The notes beneath the pieces were generated by a model. It worked only from the letters and a program-made list of their open reading frames with translations. It was not told the origin of the DNA and did no database searches. This document shows, in pieces, positions 24,191 through 37,311 of a stretch of 64,000 bases of DNA; within the stretch, counting starts at the first letter, position 1; each line of letters opens with the position of its first letter. The position numbers and the translations under genes are program-made. This stretch comes from Tubulanus polymorphus. Taxonomy: Eukaryota; Animalia; Nemertea. The DNA lies in the NCBI RefSeq assembly GCF_964204645.1, contig NC_134029.1, positions 16,982,950-17,046,949 of the forward strand, in the 5' to 3' direction.

Positions 24191-27100
24191 ATGTCGGATG
24201 TCGAGAATGATGTGTGTGAGCCCTTGGCCTTATCTAGGCCTATGTCACCAACGGCCGGAGCTGCACATCATGACCTCCTGGTTAGTGGGGAGGGTAACCT
24301 CTCGTTAAAACCAAAACGTGGCCGTCCAACGAAGACAAAAGCCGAAAATTTGAAAACATCTGAGGATTCCATCCTCCAGCGACTGACTGAAGTGATGGAG
24401 AGGGTCGTGACGAGAGATGCACCCACCCCGAAAATGTACAATATTCCGGCACCCAAGCCCTATACCATGGGACACAATTTCCGCGTTTGGCTCGAAAGGT
24501 TTGACGCGTTCGCTGACCTGGCCCAGATTAGTTCTCGCATCAACGGGGGCGAACAGCGTAAATCACACCTGATGATGCGACTTGACCATGAGGCATACCA
24601 GGCTGTCTCGAACCTACGTCTCGACTCGAGCCTGTCGTATGATGATTTCTGTCGGCGGCTATCATCCCGTTTCCAACAAACAAAGACTGTGGATGACTTT
24701 AAGATGTTGTTGAAAGGGAGGGACCAAAAGACAACTGAATCTGTGGAACGCTATGCCGACGAGTTAGCAGAACTGGCAAGGAACGCATACCCTGGCATTG
24801 CCTTCGAGCTGCAGGATGAATTGGCCAAAGACCAATTCCTTAAAGGTAATAGCCTACCCGTCTCAGCGAAGCAGTCAATGTATGCGGCCCAGCCAAGTTC
24901 GTTGGCTGCAGCAGTCGCTCAAGCACGGACTCTGGAAACAGCGAGACGGTTGACTGAGGGCACGACTCATAAACAAAAAGTATCCGTTAACCAGACCCAG
25001 CTCGACTCGACTAGCTCAGCCATAACCAAACAACTCGACGAATTGAAATCGATGATGGGAACGCTGATGACTCGAGTAGGCCATTTGGAAGCAGTTGTCT
25101 CTGGTAACGGCAATCGTCGACCGCCCACCGATGACAAATGTTGGCGTTGCAGGGATGCAGACCACCCCAAAAACTTGTGCCCACAAGTTAAATGCTATAA
25201 TTGCGGGGGGAGTGGTCACTATTCAAGTAACTGCCACCTACCTCTAAGGGAAACCAGGGAAACGAGAAGCGGGGTTTTCAGGGGGCAGTGGAAGCCCCAT
25301 CAGGAAATAGTCCCCCCTGTACCGCTGTATATACCCCCCGCAAGACGTAGGAAAAATCGGATGAATATGGCAAATGGTCTAACGTGCGATGCAAGTAGAG
25401 ATGCACCTATTGATGGTTACCATCATACTAGCCCCACCACCGTGAGACCATCAAACCATATTCAAATGATATCGAGACCATCAAACCATATTCAAACGAC
25501 ACCTCAAGATGGATATGTGGTTGCTGGCCCGGCATGTGATTCTAGTGGAGATACACCTACTGATGGTCCGCATCCTACTAGAACCATCACTGTTAGACCA
25601 CCACAACATACCCAAAGTATAGAAGAAAATCGACGTGACCCTTCGGAGAACAGTGAGGCTCCCAGTCCGGCTACGGAAAACACTTGTCACAAGTTGCGCG
25701 ACACCAAGGTTCAAACAACAGGGACAGAACCAGCCCAGACGAGCTTAGTTACAAACATCGGAACAGTGAGGCTCCACGCCTCGGGCCTTTTCTGTGATGC
25801 CGTAGTAAATGACCATTCGAAAGCGGTGGTACTCCTGGACACTGGTGCCTCCTGCACAATCATTAGAGGTTCGGTATGGGACTCTAGTAGCCCGACTGGT
25901 GAAGCCGCTGCACTGAGGCCAATCGAAGGAATCGTGACAACGGCTACCGGTCAGCCAATGGAGTTACGTGGATTAGCTGATGTATGTCTGAGAGTTGGAA
26001 CTGAAGAATTTCATGTCCCCATGATCGTCAGTGAGGATTTGGCAAAAGACTGCTTGCTTGGAAGTGATTTCTTCGAGAAATATGGCTGCAACATAGATTA
26101 CCGTAACAAAGTGCTCCGCTTCGGAAGCCTCAGCGAGGTGCCTGTCCGCCAGAGCCCCAAACGCGCGAGCGCTTGCAGGGTGTTCATCAGTAAGAGCCAA
26201 ATCATTCCAGCTGGATCCGAGGTGGTGGTAAATGGATACATGAAACGGAGTTATGCTCATAATAATTCGACCTCAGGGATGATCAGCAGCTGTGGACGGA
26301 ATAATTTTTGCACTGGGAAAACACTGGTGGTACCGGAGGCAAACCAGATACCGGTTCGGCTGGCTAACTTCTCGGATGAGGCTTGTAGAGTCGACAGGGG
26401 CCAGACTATTGGTCTATTCTGCCCCCTACAGTCAGTTGACATCATGACTGTCGACGACCATGCTCAAAACCCGTCAACTCCAAAAATCCAGCTGCAGGGT
26501 GGTGACAATACTGAATTCATGGACCTCTTGAGAGAATTGAAAATCGACCAGCTTGAAATCCCCACTGACATGAAAACACAGCTTGTTGACATCATACGGG
26601 AGCACAAGTCAGTATTCTCGATGGGAGACTTTGACATTGGTCGAACAGATTCGCTTGAATTCGAGATTGACACCGGTGACCACCCACCGATAAAACAACA
26701 TCCCCGTCGGCTACCCCCCGGTAGGAGAGCTTTTGTTGAGGGGACGACCAAGGAGCTTTTAGAACACGACTTGATCCGGCCATCCACCAGCCCGTGGTCA
26801 AGCCCAATAGTTCTAGCGAAAAAGGCCGATGGTTCCCTGCGTCTATGCTGCGATTACCGCCGACTCAATGACGCAACAGTCAAAGACGCTCACCCATTAG
26901 GTCGAATAGACAGTACCCTAGAGGCTTTATCGGGCGCAACCTGGTTCTCGTCCCTCGATTTAACCAGCGGATACTGGCAGGTCCCAATAAAGGAATCAGA
27001 CAAACATAAGACCGCATTCACGACTGAAAACCATCTATTTGAGTGGAATGTCATGCCGTTTGGAGTCTGTAATGCCCCGGCGTCATTCAGCAGACTGATG

Positions 27101-29836
27101 GCAATGGTACTGGATGATGTTGCATGGAAAACATGCCTTATCTACCTGGATGACGTAGTGGTGTTTAGTCATGATCTACCAACCCATCTGACGCGATTAC
27201 AAGAGGTATTTCGTTGCTTTCAGAAAGCCGGTCTCAAGCTAAAACCGAGGAAGTGCTCGCTTTTCCAGCGGCGCCTCAAGTTTTTGGGGCATGTAGTAAG
27301 CGAGGCCGGTGTCGAAACCGACGGTGCCAAATGCGATCGAGTCAGGGATTGGCCGACCCCAACGTCAGTTACCGTCTTGTGACATATTACTCGCAATTCA
27401 TCAAGGATTTCGCCGACTTGACAGCCCCGCTACACCGCCTTACGAGGAAAAATGAACCATTCGTCTGGACATTCAAGCAACAACTAGCGTTTGACGGACT
27501 GAAAGAAAAGCTGACCAGCTCCCCTATCCTGGCATTCCCAGATTTCTCGGAGGGTGCTGGAGAGTTCATTTTGGACTGTGACGCCTCTAACTGGGCTATC
27601 GGAGGGGTGCTGTCACAACTACAACACGATGGTTCTGAGAGAGTGATCGAGTACAGTAGCCGCACGCTGAAAGGTGGAGAGGAGAACTATTGTGCCACCA
27701 GGCGCGAAATGTTGGCCTTGGTTGACATGATTGATCACTTCCGCCACCATTTACTAGGCAGGAAATTCAAAGTTCGCACAGACCACGCAGCACTCAAGTG
27801 GCTACAAACCTTCAAAAACCCTTAGGGCCAAGTGGCTCGGTGGCTTGAACGCCTGTCGGAATATGATTTCGTGATCGAACATTGAGCTGGAAGCAAACAT
27901 TTGAACGCAGACGCCCTGTCTCGCATCCCTAAGAGACAGAGGAAACATGAGGACTGCCCAACTTGTGGTGACACTGGTCCATCTATATACCAGGTGACTG
28001 CAAAACATCAGGGCGATTTGACAGCGCACTCCACTGGCTTGTCCAGGAACAAAATAATCGAGGCGCAAGTAAATGACCCCGAAATATCAGAAATTAGGGA
28101 GTTCTTGGCCGGAGATGGGGTCAAGAACAAGAAACGGCTACAACGGTGTGGTAGAACAGCGAGGAGCCTCTATAGTCTGGTTGAGCGTCTAGAGCTTTTA
28201 GATGGCATTCTTGCACTTAAACCACTTCCGGGGGCTACCTCAACGAGACACCGAGTGGTACTACCCATTTCACTGACTGATGGAACCATAGGAGTCATAC
28301 ATCAGGGATTTGCGGGGAAACATCTTGGTACCAAAAAGACAGAGTGCAAAATTAGGGAAAGATTCTGGGTATTAGGCCTCTCAGCTAGGGTCAGGGATTT
28401 TGTTCGGGGCTGCAAAACTTGCCAAGAGTGCAAGTCCCCGTCTAAACTACCAAAAGCCCCAATGATGTCTACACCGGTAGGGCGACGCTTCCAGCGTGTA
28501 CATATAGACATCGTGGGCCCATTACCGAGAACCCGCCGCGGCATGGCCAATCCGCACGGAAAAGGCCTCCGTGGTGGCACGTGCCCTTGTGAACGAGTGG
28601 GTCACCCGTTATGGCTGCCCTGAATCCATCCACTCGGACAAAGGCGCGAACTTCGAGTCGAAGGTTTTCATGGAGATGTGTAGGATCTTGGCTATTGAAA
28701 AGACCAGAACCACTGCCTACCGTCCTATGGGCAATGGGCAGGTGGAAAATTTCAATAAGTCCCTGAAGGCCATGCTGACTACCGCCGTCAATGAGTATGG
28801 AACAAACTGGGACGAGGAACTACCTGCGTGTTTGATGGCATTTCGTTCAAGCGTCCAGCACTTCACTCTTGAAACGCCGTTCTACTTGATGTACGCCGAG
28901 GAAATGTCACTACCGATCGACATCAGCGTAGGCTTGCCCGAGGACCACCAACCAAGGACTAAGTATGGCATGGACCTCTCTGACCGCCTCACTAAGTCAC
29001 ACAACATTGTTCGTGATCGACTAGTGATGGCACAAAGGCGTCAGAAAATGGACTATGACCGTTTCGCAAAACGCGGGGGTTACAAGGTCGGGGATCGCGT
29101 GTGGCTGATGAGCCATTTCTTGAAAAAGGACGAGGCATCTAAGTTCCACCGGAAATGGAAAGGGCCTTACGTCGTGACCGAGAGACTATCGGAGGTGAAT
29201 TACAGGGTTGTCCTGGAACCAGGCGCCGATCCGAGGGCGGTGAAGAGAAAGCGGGTTGTGCACTTCAATGATATGAAACCGTGCTTCCTGTCTAGTGAGA
29301 CCGTGACCATAGGTCATAAAAAACCTAGACAGGAACCGGTTAAAACGACCGATCCCGAGGAGCAACCAACCCTCAATGACGACGAGGGGGAGGAAGATGA
29401 ATACTGTGTCTGGACACGGTCACACCCCGAGACAACGGCGGTTATTCAAGAACCTCTTGTAACAAACCCTACCCAAAACCATCGCGAGCCTCCTACTCAA
29501 AACCGCTCCAAGCCTGGGCCTTTGAACATTACAGACACTGAGGGGCACAGAAGACTCAGGCCCAGAGTAGGGATCAGGCGCCCTAGTCGATTCGTAAACT
29601 CATGTACAGTCAATAACGATGATTCGCTAGCCAACCAAAATAGGGCCTCAGACCCTTTGGTGGATCCAAACACACTTATAGGACCTCCAGTTGCCTCGGA
29701 CAAGATTGAGCAGAACAACATTTTTGATATAGAACTGATCCAAAATTGCCAGAAATGTCGCGAAGTTCGGTCCCGGATTAACATGAGGAAAGGCTACTGG
29801 TTAGAAATGGGCCGGTACCTTAAATCAAAGGGTTAA
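24191..29836 (+). pseudogene. Gypsy gag-pol polyprotein, disrupted after RT
   Basis: Two CCHC knuckles, protease LLDTGAS, RT YLDD, RNase H DCDASN...TDHAAL, integrase HHCC and SDKG...E. Frameshifting deletions near 27378 and 28545; in-frame stops near 27823 (TAG) and 27883 (TGA). Confidence 0.95.
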
Positions 29837-30082
29837 ATCCTATATATATATTTAGTACCCTTGTATATAACCCTGTATATATATTTACTTAGTTTTAGTA
29901 GATAGTTTATTATCATTTGTAACTGGTGGTGACTAGGATTTCAGACCCCTTGCACCTCCTGATGGTATGCTTGGGACCACCCACCTTGCATGATTCGGGT
30001 GGTATCTGAATGAACGGAATCTCCGCCATTTAGTCTTGTCGTTGCAGCCAACTCATGATTTGAACTATTTATCGTTTCTAGC

Positions 30083-30916
30083 ATGGACTGTATCGAGTTC
30101 GACCAGTTATCTAGCCTCCACGAGGCGACACAGACCCTTAAACGGCAGGTCTCGAAAGAAGTCTGTTCCACCCTTCACAGACAGGACAAGACCCTCAGCG
30201 AATTGAGAGCCAAGATGGGCAGACTTTATAACTCTGCCGTAGAACAGTCGTTTGTGGAGGATCCTGGTCGCATAGTAACCGGTGCGGTAGTAACCGGTCT
30301 CAAGACGACAAAGACCCGACGTTTTCGGCCGAAGATGAGCACAGCTGCATTTGAGTACATCAGCCAGGAACTAGTGAACGCCCTGGCCGAATGTGGTGGT
30401 GACTCCTCGCACATCTGGTCGAAACTTGGAGACTTGAAACAGAGGGCAGTTGAGGACTTACCAATCGTGTTGCTGGGAGACTCGATGTTTACGGGGCTAA
30501 AGGCCAGCGGCGGTTTGATTCCAATTTGCCACCCTGGTGAACGACTCGGTGATTTGTTGGAGTACCTCCCACATGTATCCTTTAGGGCAAGAGCGATTGT
30601 GGTCACGCATGGTATGAACCATGCCGGCGATTATGGCAGGACGACAGAGGAGTTGGCGGAAGTTTTGGCGCTACTCAAGGGCAAGCACCCTTCTGTTCCC
30701 CTTTTCCACCTACAGACCCCTGTCCCTCCTTGCTGGCGTGGTGACCACAATCGGGTAAACAACATCAACCGGGTTAACGTCTTCGCCCTCCGTGCCGGGT
30801 TCCAACAGGCCGACCATCCAGATATCCCGGATTCTGATTTTGTGGGGATCCACTACAAAAAGTCGGCCATGCACTATGTCTGTCGGGAAATAATCCGTGT
30901 GGTAGATCGCGTCTGA
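30083..30916 (+). CDS. Gypsy accessory ORF: coiled-coil N-terminus plus SGNH/GDSL hydrolase-like domain, 277 aa
   Basis: IVLLGDSM (block I), HPG (II), THGMNH (III), VGIHY (V, the Asp is missing); lies between pol and the 3' LTR. Confidence 0.72.
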   Translation: MDCIEFDQLSSLHEATQTLKRQVSKEVCSTLHRQDKTLSELRAKMGRLYNSAVEQSFVEDPGRIVTGAVVTGLKTTKTRRFRPKMSTAAFEYISQELVNALAECGGDSSHIWSKLGDLKQRAVEDLPIVLLGDSMFTGLKASGGLIPICHPGERLGDLLEYLPHVSFRARAIVVTHGMNHAGDYGRTTEELAEVLALLKGKHPSVPLFHLQTPVPPCWRGDHNRVNNINRVNVFALRAGFQQADHPDIPDSDFVGIHYKKSAMHYVCREIIRVVDRV

Positions 30917-31416
30917 ATGTGTTTCCTTCGGTACCTAACGATGGTTCACCTGGAGTCGCTTATTCTTTGTAATGTTAGTGACAAAAAGCCATTCAGTCCA
31001 AATACTACACGTGACCCCCCAGATGTAGCACACCCCATTGCGAACAGTTTCTTTCCGTTTTCTTTTGATTGTATTTTTCAGCTTCCCAGGACGAGGAACA
31101 GTGGCAGAGGGGCAAGCCAAGTGCAGTGTCCATTGGCCGTATCTACCTTTTGATGGTATAGATATTTTTGGTTAGACACTACGCTTAGGTGCGCCCCGAA
31201 AACAAACCACAAACCATTAGTGGAGATCGAAAGCTGCATGTATTATCATCACTGAGATGCAACCCTAATGCGAAACAACAACTACGTCGTGTTAGATGTC
31301 TACTGTATCCAGAGCCGAGAAGTTTGGAGCTTAATATACTATTATAAGGACTATAATTAAATTTGTGTAGATATTTTGACTATATATTCCTGTTTAAATA
31401 GGAGTTTGAACAAGTT

Positions 31417-31428
31417 GAAGGGGGGTGG
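31417..31428 (+). promoter_or_regulatory. Polypurine tract
   Basis: GAAGGGGGGTGG directly before the 3' LTR. Confidence 0.85.
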
Positions 31429-31624
31429 TGTGATGGAATATGTCCATCAGTCGTTTTCTATGTTGTAACTGGAGGGTGCTGCCCTCTCTCTCTCTCGAAA
31501 ATACAGAACAATAGGTGATTGTGTTAATATCTTTTTTCCGCCTTTTTACTGGTTTTTGGGCTCTCAGAGTCGATATTTGGAGGAAACTTCTACTGTGGAA
31601 CAGGCAGAATAGGACCTCGTTACA
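31429..31624 (+). repeat. Gypsy 3' LTR (196 bp)
   Basis: Direct repeat of 23755-23948. Confidence 0.95.
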
Positions 31625-34600
31625 ATATATTAGCAACTAAATTAGATGAATTAAAGAATGAAAAAGAAACATACAAATGTGATACATGTAATCAATCATT
31701 CAGTGATAAAAGATATTATAATGAACATTTAAAATCTAAAAGTCATATTAGAAATAAGAATAATGATATTTTAGGTGAAGATTATTTTGATAAAGATAAT
31801 GATAAGAAACAGAAGACAATTAAAAGCATAAAAAATAAATTAAACAATAAAAGACCATACATGGAAGATGTAAGAAATTATATTAATTCATTAGATAATA
31901 AAAAAGATATAGAGATAACCGAAGCATTTAAAAGTGATATTGGCCCAGCAGCTATCGAGTTTAAATTTCATAAAGGAAAAACATTAGAAGAAAATAAAAA
32001 ACATTTAGAAAATATGAAAGAAATAATAAAAATAATAACTGATGTTGAATATCCTAAAATTAGTATATCTTCTAAAGTAAAGTTTATAAAATCTTAAGAT
32101 AAACCAATATATAATATAAATTCTCATTCACAACATATTATATATAAACAACATATAGATGATAAATTAGATAAATGTTATAATGAAGTAAAAACTAAAA
32201 TAGAAGAGAAATATTTTGAAGTATCTGGTTTCATATTTGATGAAATAATATTTATGACTTTACATGTTTATAACACAAAATATGATAAGTTAACTAAATC
32301 AAAACCAATTGATGAAAATAATGTATCATATTATAAAGAACCAGACATTGAAGCATCGAGTTATATTAAACTACCATTTAAAACTAATGCTGTAATAAAT
32401 GTACAAAATGAAGATGATAAATGTTTTCTATGGGCAATAATTAGTTGTTTACACCCAGTTGAAGATTATAAACAACATAGTTTTAGATTAACTAATTATA
32501 AACCATTTGAAAATAATTATAAGATAGATAAGTATCCTGTTATAATTAAAAATATCCCAAAAATAGAAAGAGATAATAATATAAAGATAAATGTATTTGA
32601 TTTAATCAAATTACCAAATACAAAAGGTAACAATATAAAACATTATACATTAGAACCTTTATATCTATCAAAAGATTATGATTCAAACGATGTTATAGAT
32701 ATACTATATTATGAGAATCATTATATGTGGATTAAACAAATCGATTTATTTTTTAAATCAGAAAATGATCACCATAATAAAATATATCTATGTAGAAAAT
32801 GTTTACATAGATTCAGTAATGAAAGTACATTATTAAATCATAAACAATTATGTGAAAATCATGATTATTGTAAATTAGTTTTACCAAATGAAAAGGATAA
32901 AATATTAGAATTCAAAAAATATGATTACAAAAATAAAGTACCATTTGTAATATATGGAGATTTTGAATCATTAAATAAAGAATCAACTGATCAAGATAGA
33001 AAAGAAATATATTATAAAAGAAAGAAATTAAATTCTAATGAAAATTATTTTTCGGAAGAACCACCAATAACAAATACAATTAAATAGATCCATCAATCAG
33101 CTGCAGCTTTCGGGTTATATATTAAATCTGATTATCCAGAACTAATTGAAAGTGTATATTATCATTATAGAAATGAAAATGTTATCAATCATTTTTGTGA
33201 CTTATTAATTGAATATGAAATAAAATTTAACGAAAAGTTAAATAAAAATATAGAAATTATAATGACAGAAGAAGATAAAGAAGTATTTGCGTTTGCAGAT
33301 AAATGTTATTATTGTGAAAAGATATTTAATTATAAAGATAAAAAAGTAAGAGACCATGATCATTTGAACGGAAAGTTTAGAGGCGCTGCACATGAGAATT
33401 GTAACTTACAAGCTAAGAAAATTAATTTTGTACCAGTTATATTTCATAATCTATCAGGATATGATGCACATTTATTTATCAAACAGTTATGCCATAAAAT
33501 AGAAGAAATTAATAATGAAATAGAAATATTAAATTCAAATAGATCAAAAGATAAAATACCAACTTATAAATTTAGAATGTTAGCTAAAACATCTGAGAAT
33601 TATATATCATTCCAATTTGGTTGCCTAAGATTTATAGATTCATATAGATTTTTAAATAGTTCATTAGATAACTTATCAAAATCATTAGTTGATGATGAAT
33701 TAAAAATATTAAAACAACACTATCCAAATAATGATGATTTTCAATTAATGAGATATAAAGGAGCAATTCCATATTCATTTTATAAATCACATAATGATTT
33801 CAATATAACTGAATTATTGAAAGAACAATTCTATGATGAATTAAAAAATGAATATGTTAAAGATGAAGTATATAATAGAACATTGAATATTTGGAATCAT
33901 TTTAGAATGAAAAATCATGGGCAATTAGTAGATTTATATCTAAAATCAGATGTATTATTATTATCCGATATATTCGAAAGGTTTAGAGATGTAAACCTAA
34001 AATATTTCAATATTGATCCGTGTCATTGTTATTCTAGCCCAGGTTTAACATGGGATTGTGGATTAAAATTTACAGATATAAAAATGGATTTGTTAACAAA
34101 TATAGATCAATTACTATTATTTGAAAAATCTATAAGAGGAGTTTCAGGTGTATTAGGCGATAGATATTTCAATGTAAATAATAACCCTGGATATAAGTTA
34201 TTATATATAAATGCAAATAATTTGTATGGTTGGGCAATGATGGAACCACAACCTTATGGAGTATTTGAAATAAGTGAAGTTTCACAACATGAAAATAATG
34301 ATAAATTTGATTGGAAGAAAAGAATCCTAGATATTGCAGATGATTCAGATACTGGTTACTTCTTTGTTGTAGATTTAGAATATCCTGAACATATTAAATT
34401 TAAATCTAGAAATCTAGCATACTGTCCCGAACATAAAACTGTAACTCATGAAGAATTATCAAATTACCAAAAAAGAATCAAACCCGAAAATCATATTCAT
34501 ACAGAAAAGTTAATGGTAACTCAAGAAGATAAATATAATTATGTAGTACATTATTGAATGTTGAAGTTTTATCTATAACAAGGAATGGTTCTAAAAAAAG

Positions 34601-35572
34601 TACATAGACATATTTCATTTAGTCAATCTAAGTGGTTAGAAAAATATATAGATTTTAACACCAAACAGAGAACTGAAGCTAAAACTGATTTCGACTAAAG
34701 ATTTCTTCAAGTTAATGAATAATGCATTCTATGGTAAGACTTGTGAAAATATTAGAAATAGAAATGATATTGAGTTAGTTAGTAATGGTAAAAGGATACG
34801 GCATTTACAATCATATCCTAAGTTTTTAGGTAACAGAATATTTGATGAAAATTTAGCCGCAGTTAAGATGTGAAGAACATCAATGAAATTTAATTAACCA
34901 ATCTATGTTGGAGCATCAGTTTTAGAATTATCAAAATTACTAATGTATGAATTCTATTATAATGTATTACAACCACTTTTTGGAAAAAAAATATAGAAAT
35001 ACTATATTTTGATACTGACAGTTACATATTAAAGATAAAAACTAATAACATATCTGATGATTTAAAAACATTAAAACATCATTATAATATAGTAATTATC
35101 CTAAAGATCATGAATTGTTTAGCAATGATAATAAAAAAGTTCCAGGGAAGTTTAAGGATGAATTAGGTGGCGAAGAAATGATTGAATTCATTGGTATTAG
35201 ATCTAAAATGTATTCATATAAAACTAAAGAACATGAAGCTAAAAAGTTAAAAGGAATAACCAAAAGTGTAGTAGAAAAGAATATTCATTTCAAAGATTAC
35301 ATCAATTGTATATTCAATGAAGAAGTTAGAAAACATAAGATGAGATGTTTAAGATCTGAAGATCATGAAATGTTTATTGAAGAAATTGAAAAGATAAGTC
35401 TAAACCCATTTGATGATAAAAGATATATTTTAGATGATGGAATTCATACAGTTGCTTATGGTTGCAATTTAGATGAATACTTAAAATTTAAAAGAGAAGA
35501 AACAAAAGAGAAGGAAATAATGAAAAGAATTCTAACGTGTTAATCAAATTTTAATAAAAATATGTATTATAA

Positions 35573-35919
35573 ATGGAGAGTAAACAAGCACACAGTGAGA
35601 ACAACAAATTATTTCTAGATAGAATAAAAGATACTTCAAATGTCAAATCAGTAGATTATAAATTTAAGAAGAATTAATAATCCATATGAAATATCTAATT
35701 ACAAATATTGATACAGTTACTAACAAATATGGAGATCAATTAGTTATACACTTAGAATATGAAGGATTAAAAGGAAATACATATAAATTCAGAACATATT
35801 TACCGGATAGATTTCATAGATTATCAAGTGAAGATATAGAAGAATTATGTTCTGGAGATTTCTATTTCGTATACAAAGGTAAGAATGAAAAAGGGCATCA
35901 TGAAATAGATTTCGAATAA
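35573..35919 (+). pseudogene. Small Polinton protein (frameshifted), possibly OB-fold/ssDNA-binding
   Basis: TAAATG start at 35573, frameshifting into TNKYGDQLVIHL...TYLPDRF. The pattern resembles small Maverick ORFs next to pPolB; function is inference. Confidence 0.4.
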
Positions 35920-35936
35920 GAAAATATGTAAAATAA

Positions 35937-36692
35937 ATGGTAGAATTAAAAGAATACAGAATATTTGTTGATTCTAGAAGACTTACAAATTATAAATCAC
36001 ATAATTTACGAGTACAATTAGATAGAGAATTCAAGAATTGTGTAGATTTAAAATTAGTTAATATAAGTTTATGTAATTCTTTTTATAATATATCGGATAA
36101 AACTTTTGAACATTGAGGGTTTATGATTTATATGAGAAATAAAGATAAATGGTTTCACATATTTTTAAAACCAGGATTATATAATTTAGAATCATTAGCG
36201 CAGGAAATTAATAGAAGAGCTCGGTTGAAAATCGGGGGCACTTCTGTATTCGAAATTAAATTTAATAAAATTGCTAGTACTAATAAAATTAGAATAAAGA
36301 TATCTAATGAACAACATAAATTTATGGTAAACAAACCACTGGCTAAAATGTTAGGAATTAAACCGCTTACAGTTACTGGAAACGCAGAAGGCAGCTCAAA
36401 TATAATACCTTTTACACACTTTTATATTTATTGCAATTTAATCGAGCCTACAAAAACTTTCGAAGCAACTAAAGAAACAATTTGTAGTTCTAATATACTA
36501 AATATTTTACCGCTAAAAAATTTTAAACAATTTGGAACTCAAATAAATTATAATTTAACAGAATGTGATTTTAAACCTTGCATTCCTCAATTTAATAATT
36601 TTAAATTAGAAATAAGAAATCACAATGGATATTTAATTGAATTGAATAACTTTCCTGTAATTTATGAATTAGTTATAAGATGTAGAGAGTAA
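35937..36692 (+). pseudogene. Minor capsid (penton-like) protein with one internal stop
   Basis: ATG at 35937 is in frame with the 36123 ORF (TGA at 36114). Motifs DS...N.RVQL, NSFYNI, PGLYNLESL, FYIYCNLIEP and LEIRNHNG..IELN are typical of Polinton pentons. Confidence 0.75.
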
Positions 36693-36708
36693 TTATTTCA
36701 TTATATAA

Positions 36709-37062
36709 ATGAATATAACTGTTGGACCGAGTATATGTTTTGGGTTTGATTTTAAACGTGAGAAAGAAATGAAATTTAACATTAATGATGTAATTACACA
36801 TATCAAAAATATTGCATTTTCTAATGAAACAACATTTGAGTATGAAACAACAATAGATAAAGAAACTTTTAATGTAGAAAAGATTACTAATTTAATTAGA
36901 GAATCTTTAAGATTTTATGAATTAGATGAAGATTTTATCATCGATGATATTAAAAAAATAATAATTGAAATATATACAAATGAAACTAGTAATGAAATAA
37001 ATGTTGAATTAATCGTAAATAAGTTAACTAAATATTTTGATGATAGTAATTTTTTTGATTAA
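36709..37062 (+). CDS. Polinton hypothetical protein, 117 aa
   Basis: Intact ORF with TAAATG start inside the co-oriented gene block. Confidence 0.6.
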   Translation: MNITVGPSICFGFDFKREKEMKFNINDVITHIKNIAFSNETTFEYETTIDKETFNVEKITNLIRESLRFYELDEDFIIDDIKKIIIEIYTNETSNEINVELIVNKLTKYFDDSNFFD

Positions 37063-37065
37063 TAA

Positions 37066-37287
37066 ATGAGTGATAATAAGTGGATAATAACTGGATTATA
37101 TAATGGAGCATTACTATCAGTTGGAACTGTTGGTTATTCAATGGTATTAAAAAAAGTATTCAAAATGGGAAGTGTTAATGTTGATAGATTTGATATAAAT
37201 GATATTTTAAAATTAACATTAGCAGTTACTTTATCTAATTTAACTATTGATTATTTAGAAAAACAAAAATATATTCCTCCCATATAA
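37066..37287 (+). CDS. Small predicted membrane protein, 73 aa
   Basis: Hydrophobic GALLSVGTVGYSMVL and ILKLTLAVTL segments; T7-N6-TAAATG start. Confidence 0.65.
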   Translation: MSDNKWIITGLYNGALLSVGTVGYSMVLKKVFKMGSVNVDRFDINDILKLTLAVTLSNLTIDYLEKQKYIPPI

Positions 37288-37311
37288 ATGCATAATTATT
37301 TTACTAAATAA

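Larger units (their letters stand above)
23755..31624 (+). mobile_element. Ty3/Gypsy LTR retrotransposon (7.87 kb) nested in the Polinton pPolB gene
   Basis: TG...CA LTRs, 4-bp TSD ATAT, PBS, PPT, domain order gag-PR-RT-RH-INT. Confidence 0.97.
23630..35543 (+). pseudogene. Protein-primed family B DNA polymerase (pPolB), split by the Gypsy insertion, with stops and frameshifts
   Basis: ATG at 23630 (MEANKYYCPTC...) rejoins in frame at 31629 once the Gypsy and one TSD copy are removed. Two N-terminal C2H2 fingers; NVQNEDDKCFLWA; YGDFES (ExoI); endonuclease VII-like DHDHLNGKFRGAAHENCN; FHNLSGYD (ExoII); YINANNLYG (motif A); KLMNNAFYGK; YFDTDS; KMYSY. Stops at 32095, 33085, 34555 and later. Confidence 0.93.

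Noticed and set aside
25248-25263. Tandem GGGAAAC slippery heptamers after the gag zinc knuckles
   Set aside because: Not in the X XXY YYZ phase of the current ORF, and gag-pol is already a single frame here.
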